In this document: positions 43,878 through 53,700 of the stretch, in pieces | Position numbering within the stretch: position 1 is the first letter of the stretch | Layout of the letters: the number at the start of each line of letters is the position of its first letter | NCBI GenBank assembly: GCA_030141605.1 | Contig: JAQGDQ010002404.1 | Span: 16,984-80,983, forward strand | Direction: 5' to 3' | Source of the DNA: Tubiluchus corallicola | Lineage: Eukaryota; Animalia; Priapulida | DNA length: 64,000 nt | Position numbers and translations under genes: made by a program | Notes under the pieces: generated by a model | Databases searched by the model: none | What the model saw: the letters and a program-made list of their open reading frames with translations, nothing else | What the model was told of the DNA's origin: nothing

Positions 43878-44231
43878 ATACCGTTTTTCCCTCTTATAGT
43901 TTTACTTGAGTATATAAAATTATTTAAATTTCATTGTGTTGCAAGTCTTTGTTGTCCTGGCATGTGTTTTATAGGTTTTTTGGAGCTGGAGATTTTTGCT
44001 TATGAGGAGGAAAAACTTTGTGAGTGGCAGTAACTTGTTGATGCAATTAGGGGTTTTGAAGATATTTTATGATGAAAAAATAGCAGATAGGCAGGTTAAG
44101 CAGTATGGTATCTTTGTAAATACTCAGGTTTTTATGGTTTATATTTTAACAGATGTTTAACAGTTTTTTTATGGATAGGTTGAAAAAAATTAGCACCTTC
44201 GTGTGTTGTTAACAATTTAAAATAAGGAAAG

Positions 44232-45041
44232 ATGAATTTAAAAAAGACTTATGTTATTGCTGCGGTGGCAGTATTATTTATCATAATATTTTTCGGAAGT
44301 AGTATGTTTTTCACTATTCACCCCGGAGAGAGGGCTGTTATTTTTCGCAAGTTTTCTACCGGGCTGGATAAGGAGAGTGTATATACACCGGGGTTTCATA
44401 TTATAGCACCGTGGAACACCCTTTACATGTATGATGTTAAAGAGCAAAAAGCGGAAGAGACACTTGATGTACTTGACAAGAGCGGGCTTTCTATAAGTGT
44501 GAATGTTTCTGTGCGCTTCAATCCTACATACAATAGGATAGGATATTTGCATGAGGTTTTTGGGAAGGGGTATATCAATCGTCTTATAATACCTGAAGTG
44601 CGATCTACAGTAAGGCGGGTTGCGGGCCGCTATACGGCGGAGGAGATTTATTCTACTAAAAGGGCAGAAGTGGAGTTGGCTATAGAGTTAGAAACCAAGA
44701 GTGTACTGGAAAATAACAATATAGATATGAGAGCTATGCTTATTCGCTCTATCAACCTTCCTAATGAGATTAAGCAGGCTATTGAGAGCAAGCTGAAACA
44801 GGAGCAGGAAGCTTTGGCATACCAGTTTAGGCTTGACAAGGAGAAAAGTGAGGCAGAGAGAAAGCGTATTGAGGCTGAGGGTATAGCAAAATACAATAAT
44901 ATAATTAATGCGTCGCTTACAGAGAGAGTGTTGAAGCAGCGAGGTCTGGAAGCGACTTTGGAGCTGGCTTTGTCCGGTAATAGCAAGGTTGTTGTGATTG
45001 GTTCAGGTAAAGATGGCTTGCCTCTGATACTTGGCAACTAA
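44232..45041 (+). CDS. SPFH/prohibitin-family membrane protein
   Basis: TM, PGERAVIF, PGFHIIAPWN, IRSINLP, EAERKRIEAEG. Confidence 0.92.
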   Translation: MNLKKTYVIAAVAVLFIIIFFGSSMFFTIHPGERAVIFRKFSTGLDKESVYTPGFHIIAPWNTLYMYDVKEQKAEETLDVLDKSGLSISVNVSVRFNPTYNRIGYLHEVFGKGYINRLIIPEVRSTVRRVAGRYTAEEIYSTKRAEVELAIELETKSVLENNNIDMRAMLIRSINLPNEIKQAIESKLKQEQEALAYQFRLDKEKSEAERKRIEAEGIAKYNNIINASLTERVLKQRGLEATLELALSGNSKVVVIGSGKDGLPLILGN

Positions 45042-45118
45042 GTGTACCCAGGAGTAGCTTTATTAGTTGAGTTTATGATAGTAGCATTTTGTATTGCTAT
45101 GTAAAGTTTTTGTGCAGA

Positions 45119-45580
45119 ATGTTGCAGAGAGTTCAGACATTATATTTATTGATATCACTTTTGTTGATTGGCGCAATGTTTTTTGTTTTGTTTGCTACAA
45201 TTACCGGTAGTGACGGTAATTTGTATCAATTTGATATAAAAGGTATTTGGGAAGATAGTGATGAGCATAACATTATTTTTGACGGGTGGCCTGTCGTGGT
45301 GATGGCTGCAATATGCACATTGATAATGTTTTTTGCCGTTTTTTTGTACAAGAGGAGGATTTTGCAGATACGCATGTGTGTGCTTAGCCTTCTTTTGGAT
45401 TTGGGTCTGTCTGGTGTTATTTACTATTTTTCCCGTCATGGAGCAAATTTGCTAAGTGGTTCTTACCGTTTTCAAATAGGAGTTATTTTGCCTCTTATTG
45501 CGGTTATTTTCACCTATCTGGCAATACGGTCTATAGGTAAGGACGAGGCGCTGATACGCTCTTTGGACAGGCTCAGATAA
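45119..45580 (+). CDS. DUF4293-family membrane protein
   Basis: MLQRVQTLYLL start, FLYKRRILQIR, C-terminal IGKDEALIRSLDRLR. Confidence 0.88.
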   Translation: MLQRVQTLYLLISLLLIGAMFFVLFATITGSDGNLYQFDIKGIWEDSDEHNIIFDGWPVVVMAAICTLIMFFAVFLYKRRILQIRMCVLSLLLDLGLSGVIYYFSRHGANLLSGSYRFQIGVILPLIAVIFTYLAIRSIGKDEALIRSLDRLR

Positions 45581-45717
45581 GGGGCTGTAAGGCTCATCTT
45601 TTTTATTAATCTTTTTGTTAAGATCCCTATTTGTGCCGATAGGGAGTGTTTTTATCATTGAGTTTTTCCTCAATCGGAACCGGTTTTTTTTGTCTCTCTT
45701 GTAAAGGGTTCATTTTT

Positions 45718-47295
45718 TTAGTTTTTCATCCACCAAAGCTGTTTCCATATCTTTTCACCATCATTTTTTTGCAATACACCCGGTGTGCTTCTCCCTTCTT
45801 CTATGTATTTTGTTAGCAGATTCCTGAGTTCTGTTACCTTTTCAGGATGTTTTTCCTGCATGTTACTTTTTTCAGCCGGGTCTTCTTTCAAGTTGTACAG
45901 TTGCACTAGTGGTAATTGTTCGATTACCTTGCTGTTTTCAGGTCTTGGGAAGCTCCATCCACCTGAGCCGGGACACATAATGAGCTTCCAGTCTCCTTTG
46001 CGAATGGCAAAGCTTCCGTTAATGGAGTGGTGTACTGTTGCTTCCCGGTAGTTTCTGCCAGTAACAGTCTGTTTAAATAGAGGTATCATGCTGTAACTAT
46101 CCTCTGCTTCATTGCTTTGTAGTTTGTGTCCGGTAATTTCGGCGCAGGTGGCAGCGAGGTCGGTGGTGCAAATCACCTGGTCTGAGGAGGTGCCGGCTTT
46201 AATAACTTTAGGCCATTTTGCGATGAAAGGGACTCTATGCCCACCTTCAAAAATATCGGCTTTATGTCCCCGATAAGTGGCGCTTGGATTATGCCCTTTT
46301 TCCAATAGTTCGGGGTATCCTGCTTCTGGTGAGCAACCATTGTCTGATGTAAAAATAATCAGTGTATTGTCCTCTATTCCCGATTTTTTAACGACATCGA
46401 TTAGCTGTCCCATGTAGTTGTCGATCAACATCACAAAGTCACCATATGGGTTTAGCCCACTCTTACCTTTCCACTCTTTTGTGGGTAAGATAGGTGTATG
46501 TGGTGATGGTAAAGGGAGGTAAAGAAAGAAAGGCTTATTGCCTTCTGCATGTTCCCGGACATATTTGATGCTACGCCGAAAGAAGTTTGGAGTTACATCC
46601 TCGTGAATAAAATCTGGTGCTGTTAAGCCATTTCGCCACCATCCATATTTATCTTTACTTTCTGTTTTTTCTGTTGGTATGGCAGTGGCTTTTCCATTTT
46701 CGACATAGACATAAGGGCTCATGTCAAGTGAGCCACAGTGGGCGTAAGCGTAGTCAAAGCCTAAGTCGTTGGGGGTATGGGTGATCTCTTTGGAAAAGTC
46801 AATGTTTCCGTCTTCACCTTTTGCCCAGTTCCACCCCAAGTGCCATTTTCCAATACATGCATTATGGTAACCGGCCTTTTTCAAAATGGAGGCTACTGTT
46901 GACCTGTCATTCGGAATTAGTGCAGGCGATTTTCCACTTAAAACGCCTTTTTTTAGGGTTGAGCGCCAATTGTAACGCCCGGTTAAAATACCATAACGGG
47001 TGGGGGTGCATACTGATGATGATGTGTGTGCATCGGTAAATATCATCCCCTCTTGTGCCAATTTGTTTAAGGAAGGTGTCGGGATTTTTGAGTCGGGGTT
47101 GAATGCTTCGATGTCTCCATATCCGAGGTCATCTGCCAGAACATATATGATATTGGGTAGTTTTTGGGCTGGCGTATGTGTCGCGAAAAGCAGAAGTAAC
47201 AGAGATAGACGGGTTTTGTGGTTCAGTGTTTTTTGAACTGTCGTGGCTGAAATTGTCAAGAGCTGACCGACAAGAGAGAGGAGAGGTGTTTTCAT
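45718..47295 (-). CDS. Sulfatase (S1, Cys-type arylsulfatase)
   Basis: PNIIYVLADDLGYGD, CTPTR signature, GKWHLG, FTSDNG, EGGHRVPFI, LYNL..DP.E. Confidence 0.95.
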   Translation of the reverse strand: MKTPLLSLVGQLLTISATTVQKTLNHKTRLSLLLLLFATHTPAQKLPNIIYVLADDLGYGDIEAFNPDSKIPTPSLNKLAQEGMIFTDAHTSSSVCTPTRYGILTGRYNWRSTLKKGVLSGKSPALIPNDRSTVASILKKAGYHNACIGKWHLGWNWAKGEDGNIDFSKEITHTPNDLGFDYAYAHCGSLDMSPYVYVENGKATAIPTEKTESKDKYGWWRNGLTAPDFIHEDVTPNFFRRSIKYVREHAEGNKPFFLYLPLPSPHTPILPTKEWKGKSGLNPYGDFVMLIDNYMGQLIDVVKKSGIEDNTLIIFTSDNGCSPEAGYPELLEKGHNPSATYRGHKADIFEGGHRVPFIAKWPKVIKAGTSSDQVICTTDLAATCAEITGHKLQSNEAEDSYSMIPLFKQTVTGRNYREATVHHSINGSFAIRKGDWKLIMCPGSGGWSFPRPENSKVIEQLPLVQLYNLKEDPAEKSNMQEKHPEKVTELRNLLTKYIEEGRSTPGVLQKNDGEKIWKQLWWMKN

Positions 47296-47619
47296 GTTGA
47301 TTTATAGTAGTTTATAATATTCTTTAGAAGGTAATAATGTAAAATAAAATAAAGGTGTAGTAAAAGTATAATAAAAAAGGGATTTATCTGCGTTTAAGGT
47401 TTGTAAGTTTAGTGGTACTATAGAAGTTGAAGGCGGAGGCCTTTGTAAAGTTTGTCTTTTTTACCTGCCTTTTGCATGAGCGGGCTGAAAATTTTCAGTG
47501 GTCTTTTTCATTGGGATCCAAGTTGTTCCATTTTGGGAAGGTTTATTTTATGTGCAATTGTCTGTGTGTTGCATCTGCCTTGTTGCGCTGTGTCTGTAGT
47601 GTTTTTTAGAATTAGTTTC

Positions 47620-47627
47620 TATCTTTG
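47620..47627 (+). promoter_or_regulatory. Bacteroidota -7 promoter box TATCTTTG, 6 nt upstream of the leader ORF ATG
   Basis: Matches TAnnTTTG; implies a nearly leaderless transcript. Confidence 0.55.
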
Positions 47628-47633
47628 TTTTCT

Positions 47634-48002
47634 ATGAGAAGGAGGAAGCGTATAGTGTTTTTTTATCCATCGTTGTGTCTTTTGCTTGTATACTTAGCTG
47701 CAGCAGCAGGTATGATTATAAACCGGCATACTCATGTTTTGCATAATGGTGTATTTATTACTCATTCTCATCCTTTTACAAAGGATATTTCTGAGGGAGA
47801 TGGAGGGCAAGATCACACACATACCCGGGAAGAGTATACTTTTTACCATTTTTTTAACGGCCTGGCGGATAGTTTAGATTTTTTGTCCAACGGAGTTGAT
47901 GTAATACTTCCTACAGTTCAGTTTGAGTCTGTCAGCCTGGCAGGTTATACCGGAACAGGAGAGATATTTTATCATACAGGTCGCTCTCCTCCCTATATAT
48001 AG
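47634..48002 (+). CDS. His-rich small membrane protein with C-terminal RSPP motif (candidate arrest-peptide leader)
   Basis: Basic N-terminus plus TM, HTH..H, HSHPF, HTH clusters, ends HTGRSPPYI; sits upstream of a TonB-dependent receptor. Confidence 0.75.
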   Translation: MRRRKRIVFFYPSLCLLLVYLAAAAGMIINRHTHVLHNGVFITHSHPFTKDISEGDGGQDHTHTREEYTFYHFFNGLADSLDFLSNGVDVILPTVQFESVSLAGYTGTGEIFYHTGRSPPYI

Positions 48003-48154
48003 TTTTCATTTTGAGCTTTTTGCAAATTCATATTTATTTTTAAAGATTTATCTGATACTTATCTGATACTTATCTGATGTATTGCATAGGCTGCTATATA
48101 CCAGTATTAAAGTTTAATCAATTTGGTGTTTAATAATTGTAATAATATTATACG

Positions 48155-50548
48155 ATGATATTAAGAAATATTGTTGCGATGGCACTTGTTGTCGCATTTC
48201 CATTTTATAGTGCTGCTCAAAGTCAGGGTGGTAGTAACACAAAAAGAAGTAATACTGATGCCAATATTATGGGGCATGTAACGTGCGAAGGGGAGCACGT
48301 AGAGTTTGCGAGTATTATAATAGAGGGTACAACGATAGGTATTGCTACTGATGAGACGGGTCATTTTATGCTTGTAAACTTGCCTGTAGGCCGGCAAAAA
48401 GTTCGCGTCAGGGCTATGGGGTTCACTAGTGTAGTTAAAGATGTTGACCTTGAGAGAGGAAAAACAGTTGAGCTCAACTTTGATATAGAGAGAGATAATA
48501 TAGGGCTTAATACTATAGTTGTGTCGGCAAACAGGAATGAGCAGAATTTGAAAACGGCAGTAACGGTGGTGAATAGTATTCCCCAGAAATTGCTCGAGCG
48601 AGTAAATGCCGCAACATTGAGCGAGGGGCTTAGTTTTGCACCCGGGATACGTATGGAGAATAATTGTCAAAACTGTGGATTTACACAGGTTAGGATGAAT
48701 GGGTTGGAGGGACATTATTCTCAGATATTGATAAATAGTCGTCCTATTTTCAGTGGGTTGGCAGGGATTTACGGACTTGAAATGATTCCTGCAAATATGA
48801 TTGACAGGATAGAGGTTGTAAGGGGTGGAGGTTCTGCTCTTTACGGTTCAAGCGCTATAGCGGGTACGATAAACGTTATTACGAGAGATCCTGTAAGGAA
48901 CAGCTATCAGATAGCGGGCAATTACAGCGGTATAGGTGCTGGAACTGATGGGACCCCTGCAAGTGACTACAATATGAGCTTTAACGCATCTGTAGTTGCA
49001 AAAGATTATCGTTCGGGAGTGAGTGTATATGGTTTTCACCGTGATAGAGGAGCATATGATGCAAATAACGACGGCTTTTCTGAGTTATCTACAATAAGTA
49101 ATAGTTCTATGGGGCTCAGGGGGTACTATCGTTTGCGAAATAGAAGCAAGATAACTTTTGACTATTTTCATATTGGAGAGGGTAGAAGAGGGGGGAATAA
49201 GTTTGATTTGCCACTTCATGAGGCAGATATTTCGGAAGCTGTAGTCCACAAAATAAATACAGGTGCGGTGATGTGGGAGAAGTTTACCAGTGAGTTCAAT
49301 AAGTTGTCACTATTCGGGTCTATGCAGCATATAGAGAGGGATAGCTACTACGGTGCAGAGCAGGATCCGTCTGCATTTGGAAAAACGAATGGCCTGACCT
49401 ATTCACTGGGTGGGCAGTACTCTCATGATTTTAATCAGATCCCTATTGGTTCAGCGGAACTTATAGTTGGGTTAGAAAATAGTGGAGATATCCTGGAGGA
49501 TGATAAGCTCGGGTATTTTAATCATGAAGAGAGCATATTTGTTGATGGGACAAAGATTGCCAGCCAGAGAGTGAATACGGCCAGTGCTTTCGCTCAGGGA
49601 GAGTGGTTGGTTAACCGGCTTAAAGTAGGTCTTGGCGGGCGTTTAGATTATTATTATATAAGAGATGAAGTGGGAGAGTCTGATGATAGTGAAGGGTTTG
49701 TAGTAAGTCCCCGGGTAAGTACAATGTATGATATAACGAGTGAAATAAAGTTCAGAGCTAGCTATGCTAAGGGCTTTAGGACTCCGCAGATATTTGATGA
49801 AGATCTGCATATTGCAACATCGGGATTGAGAAAGATTATTTATAAGAATGCTGACGGACTTAAGCAGGAGACATCTCACAGCTTTTCCTCGTCACTTAAC
49901 TGGGCAACTACTGCGGGTAGCACTCAGACAGACATTCTTGTGGAAGGCTTTTACACCAGGCTTAAAGATCCATTCTCCATTGATTATGGTGAGTCTGATG
50001 AAAATGGCGTAGCGGTAAATACGCGAATAAATGCAGAGAGTGCTACTGTGGCCGGGGTAAATATTGAGTTTAATGCTGCATTTTCTTACAGGTTCCAGAT
50101 GCAGTCCGGCTTTACTCTGCAGCAAAGCAGATATAGCAAGCCTCAGGAGGATTTTGATGAGGCGAAGTTTTACCGAACGCCGGAGTCATATGGGTACCTC
50201 TCTTTTGACTGGGGTTTTCTTCCCGGATTTTGCTTTTCATCTACAGCAAATTATACAGGAAAAATGCTTGTTCCCTATTTTTGGACAGAGACTATTGAAG
50301 GAGAGGAGGTTGAAAATAGCGAGTTGCGCAGAACATCCCCATTTTTTGAGCTGGGGTTAAAGCTGGCTTATGACGAGATATCGCTTGGCGGCGATGCAAA
50401 GCTGGAACTTTCGTGTGGAGTGAAGAACCTGTTAAATTCATACCAAAACGATTTTGATACGGGAATTAATAGAGATCCCGGCTATGTGTATGGGCCACTG
50501 GTGCCACGCACGGTTTTTATAGGGGTGAGGATAGGAAATCTATTTTAG
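48155..50548 (+). CDS. TonB-dependent receptor (non-SusC, probable metal/cofactor uptake)
   Basis: Carboxypeptidase-like N-domain, plug with ENNCQNCG, IDRIEVVRGGGSALYG, C-terminal YVYGP..PRTVFIG. Confidence 0.93.
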   Translation: MILRNIVAMALVVAFPFYSAAQSQGGSNTKRSNTDANIMGHVTCEGEHVEFASIIIEGTTIGIATDETGHFMLVNLPVGRQKVRVRAMGFTSVVKDVDLERGKTVELNFDIERDNIGLNTIVVSANRNEQNLKTAVTVVNSIPQKLLERVNAATLSEGLSFAPGIRMENNCQNCGFTQVRMNGLEGHYSQILINSRPIFSGLAGIYGLEMIPANMIDRIEVVRGGGSALYGSSAIAGTINVITRDPVRNSYQIAGNYSGIGAGTDGTPASDYNMSFNASVVAKDYRSGVSVYGFHRDRGAYDANNDGFSELSTISNSSMGLRGYYRLRNRSKITFDYFHIGEGRRGGNKFDLPLHEADISEAVVHKINTGAVMWEKFTSEFNKLSLFGSMQHIERDSYYGAEQDPSAFGKTNGLTYSLGGQYSHDFNQIPIGSAELIVGLENSGDILEDDKLGYFNHEESIFVDGTKIASQRVNTASAFAQGEWLVNRLKVGLGGRLDYYYIRDEVGESDDSEGFVVSPRVSTMYDITSEIKFRASYAKGFRTPQIFDEDLHIATSGLRKIIYKNADGLKQETSHSFSSSLNWATTAGSTQTDILVEGFYTRLKDPFSIDYGESDENGVAVNTRINAESATVAGVNIEFNAAFSYRFQMQSGFTLQQSRYSKPQEDFDEAKFYRTPESYGYLSFDWGFLPGFCFSSTANYTGKMLVPYFWTETIEGEEVENSELRRTSPFFELGLKLAYDEISLGGDAKLELSCGVKNLLNSYQNDFDTGINRDPGYVYGPLVPRTVFIGVRIGNLF

Positions 50549-50561
50549 AGTAGTGTAAGGG

Positions 50562-50599
50562 TTTCTTTACGTTCTTTTGTTTTGATAGAAAAGAATCAA
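50562..50599. repeat. Dispersed copy of the REP-like palindrome
   Basis: TTTCTTTACGTTCTTTTGTTTTGATAGAAAAGAATCAA matches the 122-bp array unit. Confidence 0.85.
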
Positions 50600-50744
50600 C
50601 TATCCTGGGTGCTATAGGACTACTAGGGATTTTTAACCTTTTTTAATAAAAGAATTTAGTATCTTTGCAGTGTATTAATAATTTGATTTGCAGTGTTACA
50701 CAAATAGTGCAGTTCATTGGTGTAAAATTAAAAACAGAATTTGG

Positions 50745-53700
50745 ATGAAAACTTTTTTAAAAGCTTTAAAATCAGTCACAGCATTGTTGTTTCTTTTATT
50801 CCTGGCTATTACATTGGGATGTAAAAAAGGGGATGAAAAACCACCTCTCTCCGATGAGAATCTGATTACTGAGTTTGCGTTTAGGAAAAGTGTCAATGGG
50901 TCATTAGCTGTCGATGTAGATGCGGGTGTAATCACAGGCACAGAAATTGAGCTAAAAGTTCCTTTTAGTACAAACCTTTTTCTAATCCCTACAATAGTGG
51001 TATCTGATGGTGCCACTATTAGTCCTGAAAGTGGAGTGGGTATAATCTTTGAAGAAACAAACCCTACAACTTACACAGTAACAGCGGAGAATGGCGACGA
51101 GCGGGAGTATAAAGTAACAGTTACGAAGTTACCTGGAAGTAGTGCAAACTCGATTACGAGCTATGTATTTGAGGCAGATAAAAATAGTGATAAAGGATTA
51201 ACTAAAGATGTAAAGGCGGAAGATGTTACAGGCCCAGATATCACACTCACAGTACCTTTTGGTACAGCCCTCGAGTTAACTCCTACAATAGAGATATCGG
51301 ATGGTGCCACTATTAATCCTGCTAGTGGAGTGCCTGTAAACTTTGGACTACTAAACCATCTAACCTACACAGTAACAGCGGAGAATGGCGACGAGCAGGA
51401 TTATAAAGTAACAGTTACTGTAGCAGAAAATACCGAATGTGAAATCAAAACTTTTGTGTTTGAGGAAAAAAATAATGAGAATAATTTATATGTCGATGTA
51501 GATGCGGGCGTAATTACAGGCCCAGATATCACACTCACAGTACCTTTTGGTACAGCCCTCGAGTTAACTCCTACAATAGAGATATCGGATGGTGCCACTA
51601 TTAATCCTGCTAGTGGAGTGCCTGTAAACTTTGAAGAAACAAACCCTACAACTTACACAGTAACAGCGGAGAATGGCGACGACAAGCAGTATTATACAGT
51701 AACAGTTGAAGTAGCACAAAATACCGAATGTGAAATCAAAACTTTTGTGTTTGAGGAAAAAAATAATGAGAATAATTTATATGTCGATGTAGATGCGGGC
51801 GTAATTACAGGCACAGATATCCCACTCATAGTACCTTTTGGTACAGACCTCGAGTTAACTCCTACAATAGGAATATCGGATGGTGCCACTATTAGTCCGG
51901 ATAGTGGTGAATCTGTGGACTTTTCCAGCAGCGCCACACAAGCTGTAGAATACACAGTAACATCAGAAGATAATACTACTACTGAGACTTATAGAGTAGT
52001 AGTTACTGTAGCATCTGAAACAGACAAAGAGATTACGAGCTTTGTGTTTGAGGCAGATAAAAATAGTGATAAAGGATTAACTAAAGATGTAGTGGCGGAA
52101 GATGTTACAGGTCCGGATATCACATTAATAGTACCTTATAATACAAATGTAGCATCATTAACTCCTACAATTACAATAAAAGGTAAACACATCACTCCTA
52201 AAAGTGGAGAGGCAATAAGTTTCGAGAGTTTTGTAACCTATACAGTAACAGCAGGGGATGACACGACTCAGGATTATAAAGTAACAGTTAATAAAGAGGA
52301 GGCTAGCACAGCAAGCGACATACTCCGCTTTGCATTTGAGGTAGGGGATAATAAAGATAAATTAACTGAAGACGTAGTTGTGGAAAATATTACAAGCACA
52401 GATATCACACTCGAAGTACCTTATGGCACAAACCTCGAGCTAATCCCCAGAATAGAGATATCGGAGTATGCTTCAATAGATCCTGAAAGTGGTGTATTAA
52501 ATGATTTTTCCAACAGTGAATCAGCACCTGTAGAATACGAAGTAACAGCTCAAGATGATGAAACCACTAAGGTTTACGAAGTAACAGTAAAAGAAACGCC
52601 AGCAAGTGACGAAAAAGAGATCACTCTCTTTGACTTTGAAGTATCAGACAACCCTACATATATAGAAGAAAAAGTGGAGGGTGATATTTCACCTGAAGAC
52701 AATACAATTAGATTAAAGGTACCTTTTGGTACAGACGTGCATTCACTAAGGCCCAGAATAGAGATATCGGAGTATGCTTCAATAAGTCCTGAAAGTGGTG
52801 TATTAAATGATTTTTCCAACAGTGAATCAGCACCTGTAGAATACGAAGTAACAGCTCAAGATGAAACTTCCCAGACTTATTATGTAACCGTAGTCATCGA
52901 AAATATACCACGCCCCACTTTCACTGTTTTAAGTTATAATAATGGAGCCAATCGTATAGGAGCCGGAGACTTAGAAAAGCCGGATCTGTTTCAGATAGGA
53001 GATCTTCAGGATGGTAGTTATGACTATTCACTAAAGATAGACAACAAAGATGCAGGAGGTGGTACATTATCAGTATTGGGTGGTAAAGCCTCAATAGGCA
53101 GTACGCTGCTTGCTTCTGACTGGAATGAAATAGATGATGGCAATATTACCATTGTATTAACCTTAGAAGGTTCTACCTTTAGCTACAACACTACCAAAGA
53201 GCAGTATAGTGTAAAGAGTTGGCAGGATCTTCAGGGGATGAAGTACGGTTTGTCAGGTGACTACACTTACACTTTGATGAATGATATAGAGCTGCCTGAC
53301 CCCTCCCAAACAGGAGGCACTTTCCCGGAGGAGCTTCCTGCAGCAGGTTTTGACCCTGTGGGTGGTGGCAGTAATAGATTTACAGGTTCATTTAGTTCAG
53401 CTAGTGGAGAGATATATGTAATAAGCAACCTATTTATAGATAGAGGAAATGATGAATATGTAGGGCTGTTTGCTTATGCATTCAATGCAACCATTGAGAA
53501 TGTTGGAATAGAAATATCAGATGGTGGTGTGACGGGGCATGAATATGCTGGTGGCCTGATGGGGTATAATCGTAGTAGTACTGTTAATAATATTACCATT
53601 ACCGGTGGTAGTATAAAGTCAACAAGAACAGGTTCTGATGGTGACGACGGGTGTGTTGGCAGCCTGGTGGGGTGTAATTTCGAGGGCAGTATAACCAACT

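Noticed and set aside
7695-45041. Lipid-raft system linking floA/nfeD, prohibitin and the sulfonolipid synthase
   Set aside because: The genes are tens of kb apart and individually common; no evidence of linkage.
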